NCBI GenBank assembly: GCA_965261395.1
Contig: OZ253462.1
Coordinates: 1,216,001 to 1,280,000 of the forward strand
Reading direction: 5' to 3'
Length of the DNA: 64,000 bases
Source of the DNA: Candidatus Latescibacterota bacterium
GTDB lineage: Bacteria; Latescibacterota; UBA2968; UBA8231
Shown here: positions 9,837 to 17,467 of the stretch, one piece after another
Layout of the letters: every line of letters starts with the position of its first letter
How positions within the stretch are numbered: the first letter of the stretch is position 1
Made by a program: the position numbers and the translations under genes
Notes under the pieces: generated by a model
Database searches by the model: none
What the model saw: only the letters and a program-made list of their open reading frames with translations
What the model was told of the DNA's origin: nothing

Positions 9837-10124
9837 TGGCGAGGCGTGCTGCACGCCCCTTACCGGCAGGGAGAAATCGAAATACTGCTGGTGCACCTTG
9901 CCGCTCTCGCCGTAGACCTTGATCAGCCTTTCGGCAAAGGGCAAATCGGCGTAGGCCGATTGGATCTGGCCGGCCTCATGCAGTTCACGCGCCAGACTGT
10001 CGAGCACGCCCTCGTACTCGCGCACGACCGGTTCGATCACCTCCTGCACATCGAGCAGGCCGCGGACGAGGAGATAGCCCTCCTCCTGAAAATGATCCAG
10101 TTGTTGCTGAGAGATTACTGCCAT
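9837..10124 (-). pseudogene. N-terminal fragment of a PhyH-family dioxygenase, fused in frame to the cytochrome fragment
   Basis: ISQQQLDHFQEEGYLLVRGLLD is a typical PhyH N-terminus; no HxD or distal His follows. Confidence 0.7.
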
Positions 10125-10262
10125 AATCGTTCTCCGTTTCCCTTCTGTTTATTCGTTGAAGCTGGCTTTGATGCGGGCTCAATTGGTTGGTGGGATTGCC
10201 GTGGAGATTGAGTCTATGGAGAGACTATCCTCGGGGTCACAACAGTTACTAAAAATTCCGCA

Positions 10263-11075
10263 TTATAGCGTATCCATAACCGCACGCAATTGCCGCACGC
10301 CTTTGAGCATAAACTCGGGTGAGCCCCAGTGCTCAATACTCACGTTGCCGGTATAACCATCTGCAATGACCATCTTGAGCAAATCGGCATGCATCAGATC
10401 GCTGTCGCGAATCGGATCCAGTTCTTTATCGTGATTGGGCTTTACATGCAGATGTGTAATACGCCCCTTTATCTGTCCATACCCATCAGGCACAGCCTTT
10501 TCACCACATCCAATCCCACTGTTTACATCCCAGCAGAAGCTGAAACCCGACGTATCACCCAAAGCATCAGCAACCATGCGTGCTTCGGCACAACTGCCTG
10601 CGATTGTTGCGGCCTCATTTTCAAGAGAAAGCGTCACCCCTTCGCGCTCAGCCGTTTTTACGATAGGGCCTAAAAACGACACGATGGTATCCAGATAATT
10701 TTCAACACCGGGTCGTTTTTCTCGATCACCTGTTTTGCGATTCGGATTCCACAGCGAAAACCCACGAATCACAGTGGTATCAAAAGCATGCGCCAACTCA
10801 ACCATGCGATCAAACATGTGCTGATGCTTAGCCTTTTGCTCTTCGCTATCATGATCGCATTTGCCAACAGGCGATCCCACAGACATCACAGTCACATCGT
10901 ATTTGGCCAGCACATCCTGAACACGCTTGAGTTCATCATTGTCGATTTGCTGCACGCTCTTCCCCCATATGCCACTTCGCAATTCAATTCCTGTTGCACC
11001 GGCTTCAACACCCAGACGCACGGCCTCGTCAAAATCTTCTTTATCAACTTCATCAGCAAAATAGCAAAGTTCCAT
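10263..11075 (-). CDS. Sugar phosphate isomerase/epimerase (xylose-isomerase-like TIM barrel)
   Basis: GIELR, SPVGK, LENE, WDVN, HLHVK, SIEH; visibly lower GC. Confidence 0.85.
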   Translation of the reverse strand: MELCYFADEVDKEDFDEAVRLGVEAGATGIELRSGIWGKSVQQIDNDELKRVQDVLAKYDVTVMSVGSPVGKCDHDSEEQKAKHQHMFDRMVELAHAFDTTVIRGFSLWNPNRKTGDREKRPGVENYLDTIVSFLGPIVKTAEREGVTLSLENEAATIAGSCAEARMVADALGDTSGFSFCWDVNSGIGCGEKAVPDGYGQIKGRITHLHVKPNHDKELDPIRDSDLMHADLLKMVIADGYTGNVSIEHWGSPEFMLKGVRQLRAVMDTL

Positions 11076-11147
11076 CCGTTCCTCTTGTAGGTTATCAAAA
11101 TGTTCACGCGCATGGTTGATATCGCTGTTGTCGGTGCTGTAGCACCT

Positions 11148-12593
11148 TCATTCGTCCACGATCTCCAGTATAGAGCCGTCGGGCTGAATCCGCCGCCTTT
11201 CCGCCTCGACCCCCTCAAACCACCCCTCCAACGCCCCGAGCATCCGGCTCGCGCGCTCCGACTCATCCGTCGCCATGTTGTTCTGTTCCAGCGGGTCGTC
11301 GTCAATATTGTAGAGCTCCAACTCGGCCGGCGGCGGGACAATCAACTCGGGATCCGGCTCGCTCATCAGCTCCGTCACCTCGTCGGGGTGGTATTTGTAT
11401 TGGATATCCACTTCCACGTAGCGCTCCATCACGCGCTTATCCGCATCGGTCTTGGGCTTTTGCGCCATTTGGGGACGGACCAGCTTCCACGGCCCCTCGC
11501 GCATCGCCGCGTTGATCCAGCCGACGGGCTGAAATTGGTTGAGCTGCCAAAATCGCGCCGGAGCGTCATCGCCGGCGCCGCGCAACACCGCCGCCGCGTC
11601 GCGCCCGTCCAGGGGCCGCCTGCCGGGCCGCTCGATACCGCACAACCCGGCCAAGGTCGGCAACCAGTCCATACCGTGCACCAACTCGTCGATCTGCCGC
11701 CCCCCCTCCAACCCGCCGCGCCAGCGCACGATCATCGGCACCCGGATGCCGCCCTCGTAAACCGACCCTTTCTGCCCGTTAAAGCCGCAATTGTAGCGCC
11801 GTGTATCCGTGCTCATCCCCTCGGGCACTTGGTCGGGCCGCAACCCGAACGCCGGTCCGTTGTCGCTGGTGAACATCAGGATCGTATCGTCCGCCAGCCC
11901 CAGCGCATCCAAGGTTTCCGCGATCCGCCCGACGCCCCGATCCATGATCTCGTTCATCGCGTAGGTAATCGCCACACCCGGGCTCATCCCCGCGTCGAGA
12001 TAGGGCTGCACCGTTTCGTCGGGGGCCTGCAACGGCGAATGCGGCGCATTGTACATCATGCAGAGCAGAAAGGGGTCCTGCCGGTGCCGCGTGATAAAAT
12101 CCACCGCCTCGTCGGTAAACACATCGGTCAAATAGCGCCCGTCCGCGGTCTCGCGTCTTCCGTTGCGGTTGACCCACCAGTCGAAATAATCCATCCACCC
12201 GCCGTCAAAACCAAAAAACTCATCGAAGCCGCGTGCGTTGGGATGATAGCGATCGTCGAACGCGCCATTGTGCCACTTGCCGATCAGCCCCGTCGCATAA
12301 CCCGCGTGTTTGTACGCATCGCCGAGGGTCACCTCGTCGAGCGCGATGCGGTCCATCCCGCGCACCTCCATCGGCGTCAACGCGCCGGTGCGGTGCGGGT
12401 AACGACCCGTAAGAAGCGCCGCCCGCGACGGCGAGCACGCCGGCGACCCGGCGTAGTGTTGGGTCAGACAGACCCCCTCGCCAACCAGCGCGTCGAGATG
12501 GGGCGTTTTGGCCGGGCCGTCGTTAAAAACGCCGAAATCGCCATAGCCCATGTCGTCGGCGACGATAAGAATCACATTGGGTCGTTTTGGCAT
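11148..12593 (-). CDS. Sulfatase (arylsulfatase-like, formylglycine-dependent)
   Basis: PNVILIVADDMG, CSPSRAALLTGRY (CxPxR), GKWH, SDNG, KGSVYEGGIRVP. Confidence 0.95.
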   Translation of the reverse strand: MPKRPNVILIVADDMGYGDFGVFNDGPAKTPHLDALVGEGVCLTQHYAGSPACSPSRAALLTGRYPHRTGALTPMEVRGMDRIALDEVTLGDAYKHAGYATGLIGKWHNGAFDDRYHPNARGFDEFFGFDGGWMDYFDWWVNRNGRRETADGRYLTDVFTDEAVDFITRHRQDPFLLCMMYNAPHSPLQAPDETVQPYLDAGMSPGVAITYAMNEIMDRGVGRIAETLDALGLADDTILMFTSDNGPAFGLRPDQVPEGMSTDTRRYNCGFNGQKGSVYEGGIRVPMIVRWRGGLEGGRQIDELVHGMDWLPTLAGLCGIERPGRRPLDGRDAAAVLRGAGDDAPARFWQLNQFQPVGWINAAMREGPWKLVRPQMAQKPKTDADKRVMERYVEVDIQYKYHPDEVTELMSEPDPELIVPPPAELELYNIDDDPLEQNNMATDESERASRMLGALEGWFEGVEAERRRIQPDGSILEIVDE

Positions 12594-12893
12594 TACAATT
12601 ATCCTTAGTCGTAGAGAAATTTCAAGAGGGTCTCATGTGCTCTCGCGTGCTTATTGATAGGCCATGCGCCCTTCCGGAGTAGGTGCGATGAAGGAAACGC
12701 CCCCGTCGGAGGGCGTTGAGATTCCGACGTCGCCGTGCGCTACCGCTCGCTCTGTCGCAGCAGCCTCCGCGGCAGCCTTGGCTGCTATCGCGGCCTCGCC
12801 GCCAGGGATGGTTGAGTTGGATAGGAATTATAAACCCTTCAACAAAACTTTTTCCACGATCTTATAAATGCACAGGGTGTTTTCTAGAACGAC

Positions 12894-13270
12894 TTAGTCA
12901 ACATCGAGGATATAGCGGGCCAAGGGCGAGAGGCGTTCGGCGGTTTCAGGGCGCAAATACTCGCGCTGGTTGATCTGCTGGTCGAATTCGCGCGCTATAA
13001 AGGCGCAGTGCAACGTGCGGCGGAGCCGGCCCGAGCGGTTGATGTATGAGCCGTGCCATATGCTGCCGTTGAAGACGGCGACGGAGCCGGCCGAACCCTG
13101 CAGATGGATTTGCTCGGGGTGATCGACCATGCGGTCCTCAATATAATCGTCGATCTTGCCGAGTTTGCGGTGACTGCCAGGGATGATGCGGGTGGCACCA
13201 TTCTCTATGGTGAAGTCGTCGAGTATCCACATCGAGTTGACGGCGGTGAAAGGGCCCTCGGGGGTTGCGG
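12894..13270 (-). pseudogene. C-terminal fragment of a PhyH-family dioxygenase
   Basis: NSMWILDDFTIENGATRIIPGSH and WHG..N...RR are present; the N-terminal half with HxD is missing and the upstream frame is non-homologous. Confidence 0.7.
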
Positions 13271-13352
13271 GGGCGGGCCGTCCGAGTGCAGGGCCAAGGG
13301 GCTTCCTTAGGGTTAGCTCCAAAAAAGGCCGGCCGTCGTTTATTTAGTAGAC

Positions 13353-15719
13353 CTAGTAGACCACCGAAATGATTTCCTGCGCCCTTTCGTCGCCGACATC
13401 GCCTTCGACCAAAATCTCGAGAATATAGAGGCCCGGCGCGACGCGAGACCCCGCGCTGTCGCGACCATCCCAACTGAATTGGTGCTGGCCGGCGCGGCCG
13501 TTCTCGCCGCGGTCGTAGACGGGGCGACCGGCCAGATCGTAGAGGCGCAACCGCAAGGGGCGCGGTTCGAGCACGTTGATCAGGTCGACCGAGAGCTGCA
13601 ATGCGTCGTTGACCCCGTCGCCATTGGGGGTAATCACCGGCGAAGAGAGCGCCACGGTGGCGAAGAGATTGGGGCTGACGGGCAGGCTGACGACGTTGGT
13701 GTTGCTCTCGATTAGTTCGGAGGCGTCGCCCGGGTCGACGCGCTGGCGCACGCTGTCGTCTTGGTTGCTGTCCTGGAGAAAGACGTCGAAGCGGGTCGAT
13801 TGCCGGAATACGGAAGATTCGAACTTCAACTCGATGAGTTGGTCGGTGCGGATGCGATTGGGCAAGTGGATCAGAAAGCCATTGGCGGTGGTGTCCATCC
13901 GCACGTCGAGGTCGGTGCCATTACGCGAAACGCTCATAAAATGCACCGACGCGACCGACTCGACGGCGAGGCGGTCGAAGCCGCTGGTGTTTTCGGGTTT
14001 TAAGTAATAGGTGAATTCGGTCGGCACGCCCGATTGGGCCTGCTGGGGAAAGATCTCGCCCAGCACGCGGGCGGCCAGCGGTTCGGTGAAGTTGGCGGCG
14101 AGGAAGTCGAGGGTGGCGGCTCGGTCGGGCGAGTCGGAGGTCATGCGAACGTCGATCTCCATAAAGCGGCGCGGCGAGGGCGAGAGGAAGGCCTCGCCAG
14201 AGAAGCTGTAGATCCGGCTCCAGGCGCTCCAGTCGCCGCCGGCGGTGAGGGTGGTGTCGATGGGGCCTCTGAAGCTGGGGATCAGCTTGTCGTACTTCCT
14301 CTCGGTGACTTCCTTGCCGTTTTTGTCGTAGTAGGTCAAGATCTCGGTGACCTCGTTGCCGGTGCGGGTGCGGATTTCAATGAGAGTGCCCGGCGGCTGC
14401 TCGCCGTCCCACTCTATCGAGTTGAGATTCTTGCCCTCGCCCAGGTCGATCAGCGGCGATTGGAAACCGACGTCTTGGGGGAAGCCCTGGCCGAAGATCT
14501 GGATCTCGTCGGTGGCTCCGCCGGCGCTGCAGCCGGGCACTCTGAAGCTGCCGCCCCTCACGCCCAGGCTCTGGAAGGAGAAGCAGCTAGTGTCCCAGAA
14601 TTTCCAGAAGATGCGCATGTAGCGGGTAGGCTGCAGGTCGAAATGGTGGTCTACCAGCCCTTTGGACCGCTGGTGGACGGGCGCTTCGCCCGAGAAGTGC
14701 TTGGTCCACAGGCGCGAGCCGTCGGGTGAGAGCGAGCCATCGGAGGTCATCAACTCGTAGAAGCGAAAGCCCCAGCGCCGCCGGGAGACAATGTGTCTGC
14801 TGACGATGGCACCGCCAAAAAACGACTTCTCAACCACGCCGCCGATGACCCGGATCTGGTCGACCCAGTAGACAGCGCCTAGGTCGAGGACCATGTGCGA
14901 GAGAATATCATTGAGGCCTCGCCCGGCGCTGCCGGCTCTCCAGCCTAAGTAGAGGTTGCCGTCGAAAAGGGCTCTGGCCTTGCCGAGGGGTTGCTGGTCA
15001 ATCTGGGCGAGGTTGGTATTGATGTCGACGGCTCCCCCCCGTTCCATCAGACCGAGAGCGATATTGTCGCCGACGGTCTCGACTTCGACCTCGACTAGGC
15101 GGGCGTCGGGCACCAGTAGTAAGGGTTCGAAGCGGATAAACTGCAGCGGCTCGGCGTCGATTTCCGCTATTTCGTAAGTCGCCCGGTGGCGGGTGTTTTC
15201 CTTGAAGCGCGCCTTGGTGCGGTAGACGAGCGACCCATCAATGGGCGCGGCGATAAAGTCGGTTTCGGGCTCGCCGGTCGAAATCAGCAGATCGAAGAGT
15301 TCGAAGGGCGGGGCGGCGGCGGCGAAAACCAAAGTGACGCTGTGGGCCGAGACGGCGCGGCCGAGGTCGACTTCGAGAAACCAATTCTCGGGTTCGGCTT
15401 CCGGGTCGGGTGCCCAGCCGGTCGCCGGGTCGCCATCGATGGCGAAGCGGGCCAGGTTGAGGTTGGAGCCGGCGTTGCGGATGCCGCCGTCGAAGGCGTC
15501 CAGGTCGCGCACGGCGTCGGTCAGCCTTTCGATACGGGTGGGCTGGATCACGCCCAGCGCCGTCAGGTCCACCGCGCCCAGGGGCAACTCCCACTGCCGC
15601 CAGTCGCGCGCCGAGTCGTAGCGCAACTGCTCGGCCGACAGGGTGGACCCGCACCAGAGCGCCAGAGCGGCAGTCGAAACAAATGCGGTGTAACGGATAG
15701 AGTTGAGGTGCTGTTTCAT
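13353..15719 (-). CDS. Large secreted protein with discoidin-like modules and a C-terminal FlgD-Ig (TPNGDGxND) domain
   Basis: Signal peptide; AIDGDPATGW and LDLG discoidin-like motifs; C-terminal ITPNGDGVND...LYDLAGR...WDGRD...PGLY. Paralog of 62390-64000. Confidence 0.75.
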   Translation of the reverse strand: MKQHLNSIRYTAFVSTAALALWCGSTLSAEQLRYDSARDWRQWELPLGAVDLTALGVIQPTRIERLTDAVRDLDAFDGGIRNAGSNLNLARFAIDGDPATGWAPDPEAEPENWFLEVDLGRAVSAHSVTLVFAAAAPPFELFDLLISTGEPETDFIAAPIDGSLVYRTKARFKENTRHRATYEIAEIDAEPLQFIRFEPLLLVPDARLVEVEVETVGDNIALGLMERGGAVDINTNLAQIDQQPLGKARALFDGNLYLGWRAGSAGRGLNDILSHMVLDLGAVYWVDQIRVIGGVVEKSFFGGAIVSRHIVSRRRWGFRFYELMTSDGSLSPDGSRLWTKHFSGEAPVHQRSKGLVDHHFDLQPTRYMRIFWKFWDTSCFSFQSLGVRGGSFRVPGCSAGGATDEIQIFGQGFPQDVGFQSPLIDLGEGKNLNSIEWDGEQPPGTLIEIRTRTGNEVTEILTYYDKNGKEVTERKYDKLIPSFRGPIDTTLTAGGDWSAWSRIYSFSGEAFLSPSPRRFMEIDVRMTSDSPDRAATLDFLAANFTEPLAARVLGEIFPQQAQSGVPTEFTYYLKPENTSGFDRLAVESVASVHFMSVSRNGTDLDVRMDTTANGFLIHLPNRIRTDQLIELKFESSVFRQSTRFDVFLQDSNQDDSVRQRVDPGDASELIESNTNVVSLPVSPNLFATVALSSPVITPNGDGVNDALQLSVDLINVLEPRPLRLRLYDLAGRPVYDRGENGRAGQHQFSWDGRDSAGSRVAPGLYILEILVEGDVGDERAQEIISVVY

Positions 15720-15729
15720 TAGCTGGTCC

Positions 15730-15792
15730 ACCGGCTTGGCCTTCGTCGATTACGACCTGGACGGGGATCTCGACCTCTACGTCGCCAATTAG
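15730..15792 (+). pseudogene. Isolated FG-GAP/VCBS repeat fragment
   Basis: Translates TGLAFVDYDLDGDLDLYVAN*, a canonical FG-GAP (CRTAC1/ASPIC-type) repeat with no start or context. Confidence 0.65.
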
Positions 15793-15927
15793 AGATAGAA
15801 CCAATAAAGGGGCCTCTTAGGGATGACACAACAAAACTTCATATTTCTGACAAGGGCGAGGGATACAAGATGTAGTTCCAGGCGGGGAGCGTGTCATGTC
15901 GGCACAGAGCGAGTGCGACTAGCGGAT

Positions 15928-16058
15928 ACCAGTGGCGATTTGCCGCGCCGAGGGAAGGCGTAATCTTAATGTCGGTGATCTTCATGTTCTAGCTTTCGCA
16001 GCCAAACATAGAAAGCGCGACCTCGGTGTGCAGAGGTCGCGCTTAAAGATGGTGGAGG
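15928..16058. repeat. Direct repeat copy B (attL-like) overlapping the tmRNA 3' end
   Basis: Matches 5755-5886 and contains a truncated MKITDIKITPSLGAANRHW gene start. Confidence 0.9.
16012..16044 (-). terminator. ssrA rho-independent terminator
   Basis: Stem AAGCGCGACCTC/GAGGTCGCGCTT just after the tmRNA CCA, with a T-rich tail. Confidence 0.8.
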
Positions 16059-16408
16059 CGGCGGGAATCGAACCCGCGTCCGAGACCGGTTCTACCTAAA
16101 TATGCTACGTGCGTAGTCGGCCTTAGTTATCTCGCCTGTTGCGCTGCTGGCCGACGAGCCACGCAACGAGCCAGCCCGAAAAATCTCGTCCCATTCCCTC
16201 GGGCGCGGGTTTGGGACCAGCCTGCTAAGAGATGTCATTGGGGCCTGCCGCGCAGGCTCAACAGACCCCAATGGGCTGCGCTAAATTTAGGCAGCCAGAG
16301 CGTACGTGTTAGTTTCGTCGCTTAATTGTTTCCCGAGGATTTACGAGGTGTCGGGACCTCGGCACGCAATTCGGGCTTCTCCGACCCCGTCGAAGCCAAG
16401 TCGCCCCC
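16050..16408 (-). ncRNA. ssrA: tmRNA (transfer-messenger RNA)
   Basis: 5' GGGGGCGA..GGCTTCGACGGGG; 3' GGACGCGGGTTCGATTCCCGCCGCCTCCACCA; G3-U wobble in the acceptor stem; internal tag GAC GAA ACT AAC ACG TAC GCT CTG GCT GCC TAA = (A)DETNTYALAA. Confidence 0.97.
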
Positions 16409-16415
16409 TTGGAGC

Positions 16416-16445
16416 ATAATAACCGAAAATCGCGCGCAATGTCAA
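16416..16445 (-). promoter_or_regulatory. Sigma70-type promoter of ssrA
   Basis: TTGACA-18 bp-TATTAT ending 7 bp upstream of the mature 5' end. Confidence 0.7.
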
Positions 16446-16452
16446 CGCCCGC

Positions 16453-17409
16453 TCAGTTCACCACGTTGATCGGCGCGCCGTCCAGAAAGGCCCGTACGTT
16501 CTCTGCCGTCATCTGCATCAGTCGCTTGCGCGCCTCTAGCGTGGCCCAAGCCATGTGCGGCGTGATGAGCAGATTCGGTGCCTGCAAGAGCGGGTTGCCG
16601 CTGGCGATCGGTTCGGCGGAAGCCACGTCCGTTGCCGCCGCTCGGGGCTTGCCGGCGCGTAGGGCTTCCAAAAGGGCCTGCTCATTGACGAGTGCCCCGC
16701 GCGCTGTGTTGATGAAAAGCGATCCTTCCTTCATGGTCGCCAATAACTCGGCGTTGACAAAGCCCGTGTTGTCCGGCGTCTGCGGGCAGTGCAAGCTGAC
16801 CACGTCGGCTCCGGCGAAAATCTCCGCTGTGCTCTTGAGGGCAAACGGCGCGTACCCCGGCGGGTCCTTGGGCGACGGCGCATACGCCCAGACTTCCATG
16901 CCAAAAGCGTGGGCCAGCTCGCCGACGCGCTGGCCGATGCGCCCAAAGCCCACTAGTCCGATAATTTTCCCCGCTAGCTCCATCAGCGGCGTATCCCAAA
17001 AACACCAATAGCCCGATTCAGCCCAGCCTCCGCGATGCACCGCGGCGTCGTGATGCCCTATTCGATGGCACAGCTCCAGCAGCAGCGCCATGGTGTATTG
17101 GGCGACCGAGTCGGTGCCGTACACTGGAATGTTTGACACCGAGATGGCGCGGGCGCGCGCAGCCTCCACATCGACGACGTTGTACCCGGTGGCCGTAACC
17201 GACACGAAGCGCAGGTTGGGTAGCTGGGCAAAGGTCTCAGCCGTCAGCGGCACCTTGTTGGTCAAGATTACGTCGGCGTCCGCAGCCCGCTCCACGATCA
17301 GGTCGTCCGGAGTTTTGTCGTACACTGCAAAATCGCCCAAGGCCGAGACCGGATCCCAGGGGTTGTCGCCGGGGTTTAGGGTGTGTCCGTCTAGTACTGT
17401 GATTTTCAT
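16453..17409 (-). CDS. D-2-hydroxyacid dehydrogenase (glycerate dehydrogenase/hydroxypyruvate reductase-like)
   Basis: ATGYNVVD, GFGRIG, LHCP, INTARG, TPHMAW. Confidence 0.92.
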   Translation of the reverse strand: MKITVLDGHTLNPGDNPWDPVSALGDFAVYDKTPDDLIVERAADADVILTNKVPLTAETFAQLPNLRFVSVTATGYNVVDVEAARARAISVSNIPVYGTDSVAQYTMALLLELCHRIGHHDAAVHRGGWAESGYWCFWDTPLMELAGKIIGLVGFGRIGQRVGELAHAFGMEVWAYAPSPKDPPGYAPFALKSTAEIFAGADVVSLHCPQTPDNTGFVNAELLATMKEGSLFINTARGALVNEQALLEALRAGKPRAAATDVASAEPIASGNPLLQAPNLLITPHMAWATLEARKRLMQMTAENVRAFLDGAPINVVN

Positions 17410-17426
17410 AGAATTCCTTTTGTTGT

Positions 17427-17456
17427 CGTAGGGGCGACCGGCCGGTCGCCCCTACG
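17427..17456. repeat. GTAG-type REP-like perfect palindrome
   Basis: CGTAGGGGCGACCGGCCGGTCGCCCCTACG is a perfect 30-bp palindrome, located between genes. Confidence 0.75.
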
Positions 17457-17467
17457 GATTGATCGCC

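Larger units (their letters stand above)
5887..15927. mobile_element. Genomic island integrated at the tmRNA 3' end (no integrase visible)
   Basis: Flanked by ~131-bp direct repeats containing the tmRNA 3' end; heterogeneous base composition and gene fragments inside. Confidence 0.75.

Noticed and set aside
11100-12608. 502-aa plus-strand ORF
   Set aside because: It is the antisense shadow of the sulfatase. The R/P/H-rich, motif-free sequence is expected from high-GC codon bias.
12651-12827. Ala-rich open frame on the minus strand (IPGGEAAIAAKAAAEAAATERA...MAYQ*)
   Set aside because: It has no start codon or recognisable family. It may be another gene scrap, but I cannot support it as a feature.
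5887-15927. Integron cassette array
   Set aside because: Genes are co-oriented, but I found no attC-like RYYYAAC...GTTRRRY palindromes and no intI.
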